DNA of 47,014 nt, taken from assembly GCA_012862495.1 (NCBI GenBank), contig BLSG01000112.1, positions 1-47,014 of the forward strand. Reading direction: 5' to 3'. Position numbers and translations under genes: made by a program. Source of the stretch: Thraustochytrium aureum. Lineage: Eukaryota. Positions 36,566 to 47,014 of the stretch are shown one piece after another. Position 1 is the first letter of the stretch; every line of letters starts with the position of its first letter. The notes under the pieces were generated by a model that searched no databases, had not been told where the DNA came from, and saw only the letters and a list, made by a program, of their open reading frames with translations.

Positions 36566-39500
36566 TCATGATCTTCCAGCATTTGCAGCCTTCAGCAGCG
36601 CTCCAACCAGGCACTTGATCGCATCATCTTCGAGTCCTGAGCCGACAACGCCGCTGCCTTCAGAACCCTTGTCGACAGGAGCGCTGGATCGAAAATGGGT
36701 GGCAAGGGCAAGGGCAAGGCGACCCAGGGCCTCAACAAAGTGGTTTTCGCCCATGTGATCTCCAGAGTCAACCGATGCGGCGTAGACGCGGCGCAGCGTT
36801 ATCGTGGTCCGCAACAGCGACACGAGCTTTGACGACAGAGGGTTGTCTATGATCCCGACAGACAGGTTGACAGATTCCAGGCATCGCAGAAAGCCGCGCT
36901 CAGACAAAAGCTCCGTTTCGGGATCGGCAAAGCGCTTGAGCAAAGTTTGCGCCGCTGGACGGGCGGTCTCAAGCGCCGTTACAATTGCTGGTCGAAGCAG
37001 ATGGTCGTACGCCGCAGCTCGCGAGAGATATACAGGCTTGCTGAAAAGCAAAAGCACGAGCTGCTGCACGGCGCATCCCGTAGCCCGCGCTCGCCTTAGA
37101 ACAGCTTCGACAAGGGCTGGCCCGAAGGGAGCTCTGGCGCCGTCAGCGACCCGAACCGTAGCGGCAAAAATGCTTGAATACTCGCGGAACAGGTCTTGGT
37201 CGAGGACTTGCAGCTCCGCCTCGCTTGTCACAGCGCCGAGGCTGCGCTCAATCTGCTCGATCGAGGCCGGAGACGTCGACACCAGGTTTACGAAAGCATC
37301 TGCTGCAAAAGCCGGATCCATGTCGAAGGCAACGGCCTGATCCGTCCGGTGCGCTGAACGGTCGAACAGAAGGACCGAAACGAGATCCACCTCTGCTAGG
37401 TTGGGGTCCGCAGAGAGAAGCGAGACCATGGACTCAGCAACATCGCTAGGCTCGATCATGGGTTGAGACTCGCGAAGCATGTAGTTCAACCCGGATGCCG
37501 ACAGGAGCAGCTTTGCTGGCCTCTCTGGGCTCTCCCCCGGGGTTTCGAGGTGCTTTCGGTCAGGCCTGCCCGCGATGCAGATCTCGCGACCGGGAGGACG
37601 AGACTTGCTATGCAAGCGTACCAAGCTTGAGCGTTACCCTCCCAGGACGCAACCCGCGGGCCCCGGCCCCGCTGCCCATCTGAAGGGCTGGCTGGATCGA
37701 CGGGCGGGGCGAGCAAATGGAGAGCCTCCAGGTGGACCTGGATCCGGATTGGGAATGAGGGCGTCTCCAGCTGTCGAGCAGTCGAGGCACGTCTCCGGCA
37801 CCGATTGTCGGCCTCACTTGCGGCGACCCACTCTGCAGCTAGCTTGTCGAACGCCTGAGCACCTACGCCGTCTGTGAGCACCAGCTTCGCGATGCTTCTG
37901 AAAAAGTGCAGGTCCAAGCTTGGAGGTTTGATAACGAGCGAATCCGCGACGTGCGTGAGGTTCATATTCACCCGCGATTGCGCCAGACACTTCATGTTTG
38001 CATGGAACGTGTCGAAATCAACGAGCAAATGATCGCCCTGAATCTCAAGAAGCGTCGACCACGACAGCAGCGGAGACGTGTACGTGTACACAAAGCCAAA
38101 CCAGCACGCAGACGTCCAGACCTCCATCTCATGGGGGCACCCGGAGACAAAGATCTGCATTAGTAGCGGCACAGGCTCTCGGCGCGCTGGGAATAGTACC
38201 CGCCTCCTGCTGCTCGCAGAAGGCGAAGACGAGACGCGCTCAGGATCTTGTCTCGTGGTGAAACGGCGCGCTGGCCCGGGCGAAGCGCGGTTTTGGCTGA
38301 GGACTGTCATGAAAGCAGAAATCTGGCTGGCTGGCGTCCCGCTCCTGTCTTGGGCAAGGTCGCTCATCCACGCCAAAAAGCACACAAAAGACTCAAAGTC
38401 CCCTTCCGCGGCTTCCCACGCTGCGTCCGCACGCTCAAAGTCCATTTGGGCTGGGCAGATTTTCGCACGGCTGAGCCAGGATTCAACGGATGGCGCGCGG
38501 GCACAGTCTTCCTCCATGGCCCGTATTTGGAGTCTCCACTGGGCCAGAACCTCGTCCACAGCGGGGTCGCCGAAACGCTGCGCAGCCCTTGACGGCACTG
38601 GACCTACCGTATCGCGCGGCAAGTGAGGGACGCCCTGCAGCAGCGCCGGCCGGTTTTCCGCGCGTGGCGCCGCACCTACTTTCCCAGCGCGAGCCGAGCC
38701 GCCGCTGCCGTCTGCACCTTCGTTGTGGGAGAGCGGGTGCAAGCCGAGAGCCCTGGCCCCGCGCTCCGCGCCGTCCTCCAGAGTCTCGTCTGCGCTCGAG
38801 GTGTCCAGACCAGCGTCTAGGTCCTCGGAAAGCGCACCAGCGCTGCTTGGCGCGGAGTCGTCAGTGCGCGTCGACCCGGGCAGGCGCTCTGGCGCGCTTT
38901 GCAAGTGTGTGGCGCAGAGCACGGGTAGGAGCTTATCAGCGACGATGTTGTCCACAAACTCTACGAACGAGCAGCCCAGGCCCATGTCTGGGTAGAGCTC
39001 AATAAGGACCGACGAGAGACGGTCGAGCGTGTCCAGGACGCGCGGGCCGTACCTCTGGCGACTAGTCTTGTCAACCTGGAGGAGCCGCTGGCCAAACGCG
39101 GTTGGATCCTTCGTGAGCAGCGGGTCTTGGATCCCGTTGCTGGCTTTGAGCGCGTGCAGCAGGCCTCGAAACCCGCGCGAAGCGTAGCGGCGGTGCAGGC
39201 GAAACGCATCCCAGTAGCAAAACGAAATGTTGAGCACGTCGAGGCAGCCGAGGGCGTGCACAAAGTCTGCGACGTCTGCGCAGATCGCGTCACACTCGCT
39301 GATGGTCTGAACCAGGGCGCCTAGCGCCGCGGGCCCACGCTGCTGCGAGCCGGCCGCCTGGTCGGGAAAGATCTCGCAGCTGACCTGCTCGAGCGCCTCG
39401 CGCCAGGGGCGAAACTCGAGCGGCAGAGGGTTGCCGCCGCCTTGCTCGGCGAACACGCGGCGGAGCAGCTGCTTGCTGGGCGCGCGCGGCAGGCCGTAGG

Positions 39501-39603
39501 CCAGCAGCCGCGCATATGTCGCTGCAAACGAGGCCTTGGCCTGGCCGTTGCAGCACTGCCAGAACAAGTCCCGCAGCACGACGTCCGCGCGGTTGTCTGC
39601 CAT
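36566..39603 (-). CDS. Hypothetical protein of about 1000 aa (two overlapping ORFs, probably one spliced gene)
   Basis: Long ORFs 37486..39621 and 36566..37624 lie on the same strand. A candidate 56-nt GTACGC...GCAG intron at 37621-37566 joins them in frame. No family recognised. Confidence 0.6.
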
Positions 39604-40439
39604 CCCCAGCCTCGCCGCCAACCAGCGAGGGCTCCAGGCGGCGGGCTCTTGAGGACGGGAAGCGGCGCTCTCTCAGTGCCAGCCGCAGCCCATCCACGCT
39701 TGCTGCTGGCTGCCGCTCTGCTGGGGCCCGGGAGGCAGGCCGCCTTGGCAAGCCAGCCCGTTGGGACTCGTGCGCGCTCTGGTGTCTTCCCTTCCCGCGG
39801 CGGAGGAGCTCGTTCGGTGTTCCTGCCCTGTCAATTCCTCCCAGCGAGGNNNNNNNNNNNNNNNNNNNNNNNNNNNNNNNNNNNNNNNNNNNNNNNNNNN
39901 NNNNNNNNNNNNNNNNNNNNNNNNNNNNNNNNNNNNNNNNNNNNNNNNNNNNNNNNNNNNNNNNNNNNNNNNNNNNNNNNNNNNNNNNNNNNNNNNNNNN
40001 NNNNNNNNNNNNNNNNNNNNNNNNNNNNNNNNNNNNNNNNNNNNNNNNNNNNNNNNNNNNNNNNNNNNNNNNNNNNNNNNNNNNNNNNNNNNNNNNNNNN
40101 NNNNNNNNNNNNNNNNNNNNNNNNNNNNNNNNNNNNNNNNNNNNNNNNNNNNNNNNNNNNNNNNNNNNNNNNNNNNNNNNNNNNNNNNNNNNNNNNNNNN
40201 NNNNNNNNNNNNNNNNNNNNNNNNNNNNNNNNNNNNNNNNNNNNNNNNNNNNNNNNNNNNNNNNNNNNNNNNNNNNNNNNNNNNNNNNNNNNNNNNNNNN
40301 NNNNNNNNNNNNNNNNNNNNNNNNNNNNNNNNNNNNNNNNNNNNNNNNNNNNNNNNNNNNNNNNNNNNNNNNNNNNNNNNNNNNNNNNNNNNNNNNNNNN
40401 NNNNNNNNNNNNNNNNNNNNNNNNNNNNNNNNNNNNNNN

Positions 40440-41361
40440 AGAGACGCCAAGGCGCGCCGTGCACGAGAGCACGGTGGCGCTCGTGAGTGGGCTGCTGGCT
40501 GGTTTCGCCACCACAGTTGTCCTCCACCCGCTTGATCTCATCAAGACGAGGTTCCAGGTGGACGAGGGGTCGCGCGGGTCGCTGTGGAAGCGCCTCCGCG
40601 CTCGTGGCGGGCTTCTCGGCCCTCTGTCCCGCAGCGCAGCGCCGGTTGCCGAGCGCGGCGTCGCGCCGCTGACGATCAAAGACATCGCGCGCCAGCTTGG
40701 CGTGCGCGGGCTCTACCGCGGCGTGGTGCCAGCCATCATTGGGAGCAGCAGCTCGTGGGGGCTCTACTTTTTGTTTTACGAGAGATTCAAGAAAGAGGTC
40801 GCAGGCGCCGAGCAGCGCCGCTTAGGGTCCCTCGAGTACCTCTGGACCTCTGCGCTTGCGGGCGCGCTGACGACGTTGTGCACCAACCCAGTGTGGCTGA
40901 TCAAGACGCGCATGGAGCTGCAGACGCCGGGCAACGAGCCCTACGGCGGGTTTCTGCATGCGCTCCGGACGATCATGCGCCAGGAAGGCGTGGCAGGCCT
41001 GTACAAGGGTATTGTGCCCGCCTTGTTCCTCGTGTCGAACGGCGCGGTACAGTGGATGGTTTATGAGGAAATGAAGCAAGTCATGCCTGGCCCATTAGGG
41101 GCCCAAGAGTACATGCTGCTTGGCGCCATCTCCAAGAGCATCGCCTCAACGCTGACCTACCCGTACCAGGTGGTCAAGACGCGCATGCAGCAGCACCAGT
41201 CGAAATACACGTCCACCTGGGCCACCCTCGTTTCGACAAGTCGCCAGGGGATCTGGGGCCTCTATCGGGGACTCGTGCCGAATCTGCTCAGGGTGATGCC
41301 GGCTTCGGCGATCACCGTTTCCGTTTACGAGACCTGCAAAACGACGCTCTCTGCGCTGTGA
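40440..41361 (+). CDS. Mitochondrial carrier, folate/FAD transporter-like (SLC25A32/FLX1); start in gap
   Basis: Three carrier signature repeats (HPLDLIKTRFQ, NPVWLIKTRMELQ, YPYQVVKTRMQ). SWGLYFLFY and the P-x-W second repeat are typical of the folate/FAD subfamily. Confidence 0.88.
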
Positions 41362-42676
41362 AGGCGCCTGTCTGCCGCCGGCGTTTGCGTTCGCAAGTTC
41401 CAGTCTTGCGCTCTTTGCTTGGGCGCAAGGCCCAGCGGTGTAGAGAGAGTTGACTGAGTCCCTATAGCGTCTGTGCAAGACGATTGAGAATCACGCGCCC
41501 AGCCTCCTCCTGGCCTGTCTTTGCCGAGAGCCTTTCCAGCGGTGTGGCCAGGTCGACAGCTGTGGCTCGCGCTCGCGGTCCGCGTCCTGGACGGCAACCT
41601 CCACCACTACTGCCAGTACTATCTCGCATTCATTCCCTGGCAGGATGAATGTGCGAGAGGCAGAAGCAAGCAAACAAATCCGCCGCGACACACCTTTGAA
41701 AGCCAGAGCATCGCACCAAAAAAACGCCCAAAACACACCCGCGCACACAACGCGCAGACGCGCTCCAACCCTCCCGCGGCTGCTGGCCGCTCCACAGGGC
41801 GCTCGCTCCGGCCGACCAACAGACCGCCCGCCCGCCCGGCAGGCAGGCAGGCAGGCAGNNNNNNNNNNNNNNNNNNNNNNNNNNNNNNNNNNNNNNNNNN
41901 NNNNNNNNNNNNNNNNNNNNNNNNNNNNNNNNNNNNNNNNNNNNNNNNNNNNNNNNNNNNNNNNNNNNNNNNNNNNNNNNNNNNNNNNNNNNNNNNNNNN
42001 NNNNNNNNNNNNNNNNNNNNNNNNNNNNNNNNNNNNNNNNNNNNNNNNNNNNNNNNNNNNNNNNNNNNNNNNNNNNNNNNNNNNNNNNNNNNNNNNNNNN
42101 NNNNNNNNNNNNNNNNNNNNNNNNNNNNNNNNNNNNNNNNNNNNNNNNNNNNNNNNNNNNNNNNNNNNNNNNNNNNNNNNNNNNNNNNNNNNNNNNNNNN
42201 NNNNNNNNNNNNNNNNNNNNNNNNNNNNNNNNNNNNNNNNNNNNNNNNNNNNNNNNNNNNNNNNNNNNNNNNNNNNNNNNNNNNNNNNNNNNNNNNNNNN
42301 NNNNNNNNNNNNNNNNNNNNNNNNNNNNNNNNNNNNNNNNNNNNNNNNNNNNNNNNNNNNNNNNNNNNNNNNNNNNNNNNNNNNNNNNNNNNNNNNNNNN
42401 NNNNNNNNNNNNNNNNNNNNNNNNNNNNNNNNNNNNNNNNNNNNNNNNNNNNNNNNNNNNNNNNNNNNNNNNNNNNNNNNNNNNNNNNNNNNNNNNNNNN
42501 NNNNNNNNNNNNNNNNNNNNNNNNNNNNNNNNNNNNNNNNNNNNNNNNNNNNNNNNNNNNNNNNNNNNNNNNNNNNNNNNNNNNNNNNNNNNNNNNNNNN
42601 NNNNNNNNNNNNNNNNNNNNNNNNNNNNNNNNNNNNNNNNNNNNNNNNNNNNNNNNNNNNNNNNNNNNNNNNNNNN

Positions 42677-44310
42677 CACCAGGAGCAGTTGTATGCCGCG
42701 AGGGGGAGCAACTCCGTGCAGGGATCAACGACAAGTTTTATACAATCGCAAGCGGTTGTGTCCAGGTCTCTGTTTCTGTGCGGACCAAGTCGGGTCTCGG
42801 GGCCCCCGGCTCAGAGGCCAACGAGCCAAGTGCCGTCAAGCCGAGCAGCGCCATGGGGTTCCAGGGCGAGAGCGAAACTGATGTCCACGTTGTCTCTGAC
42901 GTGGACAGCCTTCTAAGCGCCTTGGACGAGACCCCGGGCCACGCGCGCCAAGGCGCGGCTGAGGGCGGTAGCTCGCCCTCAACCGCGGCGTCGGGCAGCG
43001 CGCCGCCTCTGCCTCCGCGCATGGCAGTGGCCTCCGCCGAAGAGCCCCATACAGAGCAGCAAGTCGTGGCAACGCTGCGCGACGGCATGTGGTTTGGGGA
43101 GATGGCGCTCCTCAACGACGACCCGCGCAGCGCGACCATAGTTGCTGTGGAGCGCACCTTTTGCTACACGCTGTCGCGCAGCGCGTTCGAGCAGATCGTC
43201 AAGCACAGCGACGGCGTCATCCGTCGCATTGCGAGCACCTCCGAGATGCGCAAGGAAGACAACCACGAAACGCTCTTCCGCCACGAGCGAACCGACACAG
43301 CGTCCAAGTTGAGCGGACTTGACTCGCTGCGCGTGCGCCATGTCATTGGCGAAGGCGCCTTTTCCGTCGTGCGCTTGGCCACGCTCCGCAGCAAGGGCGA
43401 AGTGGCCTTCGCGCTCAAGACGATGAACAAGCAAGACCTCAAGGTCCGGAATCAGGTGGTGCACGTCAATAATGAGCGGAGCATCTTGGCGCAGTCCTCG
43501 CACCCCTTTATCCTCTCGATGATCAAGACGTTCCAGACAGAGCATCACATTTACATGCTCTTTGAGCTCGTCCAAGGCGGGGAGCTGTTCTCGCTCGTAA
43601 TCAACAGCAACGGCGGCCTCCCCCAAGCCCAGGCGCGGTTTTATGCCGCCTGCATCACCGAGGGGCTTGCGTACCTTCACCGCAAGCGCATCGCATATCG
43701 CGACCTCAAGCTGGAAAACCTCGTCATCTCGGCGGACGGGTACGTGAAAATTATCGACTTTGGCTTTGCCAAGCAGCTCCAACTCGAAGGCGAGACCACC
43801 CGCACGCTCTGCGGCACGCCCGACTACTTGGCTCCAGAGGCTGTGACGCGCCTCGGGCACTCGTGGTCCGTCGACTGCTGGAGCCTTGGCGTGGTCATCT
43901 TTGAAATGCTCACGCAATACTCGCCGTACGCCGACACCTCGGGTGCGAACAACCACACGGTGGTTTTCCAGCGAATTACAAAGGGTGCGGACGGCGTCGA
44001 CTGGCAGCAGCTTGCCAAGGTCGTCCCGGACAAGGAGGAGTTTGCAACTATCGAGGCGCTCTTGCGCCGCCTGTGGGACCCGAATCCGAAAACCCGCCTG
44101 TCGTGCCCGGAGCTCAAGCAGCCACACCCGTACTTTGGCGGACTGTCCTTCTTGCACCTTCGCGAAAAGAAGCTTGCGCCTCCGTGGCTTCCGCGCATCT
44201 CGAGCTTTATGGATACCTCGCACTTTGACGTCGAGGCCTTTACTCATGTGCGCGAGTCAACCCGTCCGTTTCAGAGGGAGCGCGGGGCGGACCCGTTCCA
44301 GGCCTTTTGA
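42677..44310 (+). CDS. cGMP-dependent protein kinase-like (cNMP-binding domain plus AGC kinase); N-terminus in gap
   Basis: cNMP phosphate-binding cassette FGEMALLNDDPRSATI. Kinase motifs GEGAFSVV, FALK, ELVQGGELF, YRDLKLEN, DFG, TLCGTPDYLAPE. AGC tail PPWLP..DTSHFD. Confidence 0.9.
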
Positions 44311-45594
44311 GGCCCTTTGCTCTTTTCCTGGCCGCTCTAGCTCTAGCTAGAGCTAGCTGATGTGCGCTCGCGACCGCTTTTATTTTTAAAAATCATCTTG
44401 CTGGCGCTTGCACATCATGGTGCACGTCGAGGAGCGAACAAGGCCTGGCGGGAAGGAGAAGGGATGTTGGAGTTATTGCCTACTAGACTGCCAAGACGCA
44501 ACAACGCGCTCCGCGTTCCCGTTAACAACACGAGCCACGTTGCGGCTGGGCCGCCTTGGAGGCAGCGCCCTGCGCACGGCCCACGCCAGCAGCTGAGAGA
44601 GGCTAGAGCTTGCCAGTCCAGCGCGGAGCGCGCTTCTCGATGAACGCACGGGGGCCCTCCTTGTAGCTGCGCGCAGCGAGGATAGAGTCAGCACAACGAG
44701 CAAGTCCTAGCCAGCAAGCAAGGCGAGCGCAGCAGAGNNNNNNNNNNNNNNNNNNNNNNNNNNNNNNNNNNNNNNNNNNNNNNNNNNNNNNNNNNNNNNN
44801 NNNNNNNNNNNNNNNNNNNNNNNNNNNNNNNNNNNNNNNNNNNNNNNNNNNNNNNNNNNNNNNNNNNNNNNNNNNNNNNNNNNNNNNNNNNNNNNNNNNN
44901 NNNNNNNNNNNNNNNNNNNNNNNNNNNNNNNNNNNNNNNNNNNNNNNNNNNNNNNNNNNNNNNNNNNNNNNNNNNNNNNNNNNNNNNNNNNNNNNNNNNN
45001 NNNNNNNNNNNNNNNNNNNNNNNNNNNNNNNNNNNNNNNNNNNNNNNNNNNNNNNNNNNNNNNNNNNNNNNNNNNNNNNNNNNNNNNNNNNNNNNNNNNN
45101 NNNNNNNNNNNNNNNNNNNNNNNNNNNNNNNNNNNNNNNNNNNNNNNNNNNNNNNNNNNNNNNNNNNNNNNNNNNNNNNNNNNNNNNNNNNNNNNNNNNN
45201 NNNNNNNNNNNNNNNNNNNNNNNNNNNNNNNNNNNNNNNNNNNNNNNNNNNNNNNNNNNNNNNNNNNNNNNNNNNNNNNNNNNNNNNNNNNNNNNNNNNN
45301 NNNNNNNNNNNNNNNNNNNNNNNNNNNNNNNNNNNNNNNNNNNNNNNNNNNNNNNNNNNNNNNNNNNNNNNNNNNNNNNNNNNNNNNNNNNNNNNNNNNN
45401 NNNNNNNNNNNNNNNNNNNNNNNNNNNNNNNNNNNNNNNNNNNNNNNNNNNNNNNNNNNNNNNNNNNNNNNNNNNNNNNNNNNNNNNNNNNNNNNNNNNN
45501 NNNNNNNNNNNNNNNNNNNNNNNNNNNNNNNNNNNNNNNNNNNNNNNNNNNNNNNNNNNNNNNNNNNNNNNNNNNNNNNNNNNNNNNNNNNNNN

Positions 45595-46704
45595 GTCTTC
45601 TCGGACGCCGCTGCGCACGTGTGGGCTGGCGAGAGCCCCTTCAAGCGAGCCACGTACCGGTACACGCCGCTGCTGGCTTGGGCACTGACCCCAAACGTGT
45701 GGCTTTCCCGCGCGTTTGGCAAGCTCCTGTTTGTGCTTTGCGACCTCAAGGTCGCCGCAGAGCTGGTGAGTGTGCTCAGGCTGCGCGGCTCCCCAGACGC
45801 CATATTTTGGGCGTACACGTGGCTGCTCAACCCGTTTTCGATCAACATTTCGACCCGCGGCAACGCAGACAGCGTCATCTGCCTGCTGATCCTGCTGACG
45901 GGGCGTTGCCTCCTGGAGCGCCGGACTGCGGCGGCGGGGGTTTGGTTTGGCCTCGCGGTCCACTTGCGGATTTTCCCGATCCTGTTCGCACCAGCAATCG
46001 TTTTGTTCATCGACGACAAGTTCTTGGGCAAGCGGACGGGGCAGCCCTGGTGGCGGCAGGCCTTCCTGGAGCGGGCAAAGTTTGCTGCGGTGAGCGGAGG
46101 GCTGTTCCTGGGCCTGTGGGCAGCCCTGTACCGGCTCTATGGGTGGGCTTTCCTGTACGAGGGCTACTTTTACCACTTGGTGCGCACCGACAACCGCCAC
46201 AACTTCTCCGTGTACTTTTACAGCCTCTACCTGCACTACGGGCGGCCGCTCGGCTTTGTGGCGGGGCTCGCGTCCTTCGTCCCGCAGCTCGCTGTGCAAG
46301 CCTCGGCGGTCTGGGCGCTGCACCCCGACATCGTCTTTTGCATGTGCGTGCAGACCATGGCCTTCGTCGCCTTCAACAAGGTGTGCACGGCGCAGTACTT
46401 TTGCTGGTACGCCTGCTTGTTGCCAGCGGCCTTGCCCTGCACCGGGGGCCGGCTCCGCGGCGGCCTCGGGGCGGCGCTCGCTGCGGCGTGGTTTGCCACG
46501 GAAGCCAGTTGGCTTTTCTCGGCGTACCAGCTCGAGTTCAAGGGGCTCAACACGTTCTTCCGCGTCTGGCTTTCCGGCCTGGGCTTCTTTGCCGCCAACG
46601 TCGCCGTGCTGTCTGCGCTCGTGTGGGCCGCGATGCCGCTCCCGTCGGCGATTGCGGGCTTCACCGGAGCGCTGCGGCCATACCGGACACCTGCGAACAA
46701 CTGA
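45595..46704 (+). CDS. PIGM: GPI alpha-1,4-mannosyltransferase I catalytic subunit; start in gap
   Basis: Motifs VFSDAA..SPFKRATYRYTPLLAW, ISTRGNAD, YHLVRTDNRHNFSVYFY, FVAFNKVCTAQYF.WY. Confidence 0.95.
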   Translation, partial: VFSDAAAHVWAGESPFKRATYRYTPLLAWALTPNVWLSRAFGKLLFVLCDLKVAAELVSVLRLRGSPDAIFWAYTWLLNPFSINISTRGNADSVICLLILLTGRCLLERRTAAAGVWFGLAVHLRIFPILFAPAIVLFIDDKFLGKRTGQPWWRQAFLERAKFAAVSGGLFLGLWAALYRLYGWAFLYEGYFYHLVRTDNRHNFSVYFYSLYLHYGRPLGFVAGLASFVPQLAVQASAVWALHPDIVFCMCVQTMAFVAFNKVCTAQYFCWYACLLPAALPCTGGRLRGGLGAALAAAWFATEASWLFSAYQLEFKGLNTFFRVWLSGLGFFAANVAVLSALVWAAMPLPSAIAGFTGALRPYRTPANN

Positions 46705-46951
46705 ACAGCGGCTTTGCTCCATTTCGCCGCACTGCGTCGAGCGACGAGGCTCGGGGCCAAGGAGGCTATCGGACTCGCAGACCCTGAACAGCGAGCGCCC
46801 AGGCCGAGGAAGAGACCCGCGGAGAGCCCAGACGCACGCACTGCCCGAGGCTGCCCAGGCGCCTTGCCAGCAAAAGGCGCCTCGCGAGTGGATGGGATCG
46901 GCAGCGTCACGTAGCAAGAAGACCAAAGCCGCCCGAGCGATCCCCGCCACG

Positions 46952-47014
46952 ATGGACGAGGACAAGGTGGAGGTGTTCAGCCTCCTCAAGGACAGCCCCG
47001 GCTGCACAGGGATG
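46952..47014 (+). CDS. Possible start of next gene (MDEDKVEVFSLLKDSPGCTGM...), runs off window
   Basis: ATG in CCACGATGG context with GC3-rich codons. Only 21 codons are visible. Confidence 0.4.
   Translation, partial: MDEDKVEVFSLLKDSPGCTGM

Overview
GC-rich, intron-poor eukaryotic draft genomic window with 12 N-gaps. It is very probably from a flagellated stramenopile (tubular-mastigoneme gene present); a thraustochytrid/labyrinthulomycete-like source is only an inference. Genes in order: axonemal inner-arm dynein I1/f beta heavy chain (DNAH2/DHC10-like, 5'-truncated, about 14 kb), C14-sterol reductase, PAK1IP1/MAK11 WD40 protein, CTL/SLC44 choline transporter-like protein, a gene-poor interval with a possible degenerate copia relic, a short Sig/Ocm-type mastigoneme EGF protein, exosome subunit RRP42 (3 exons), alpha-tubulin, BLM-like RecQ, ARV1, an orphan protein of about 1000 aa, SLC25A32-like carrier, cGMP-dependent kinase, PIG-M, and the start of one further ORF. 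Four otherwise intact genes carry single-base frameshifts that look like homopolymer sequencing errors, and two gaps have duplicated flanks. I found no convincingly novel system. The best leads are the orphan helical-repeat protein, the large low-complexity insertions in dynein and PKG, and loose flagellar and ER-lipid gene co-location. All calls come from reading the sequence and recalled family motifs; no searches were run.
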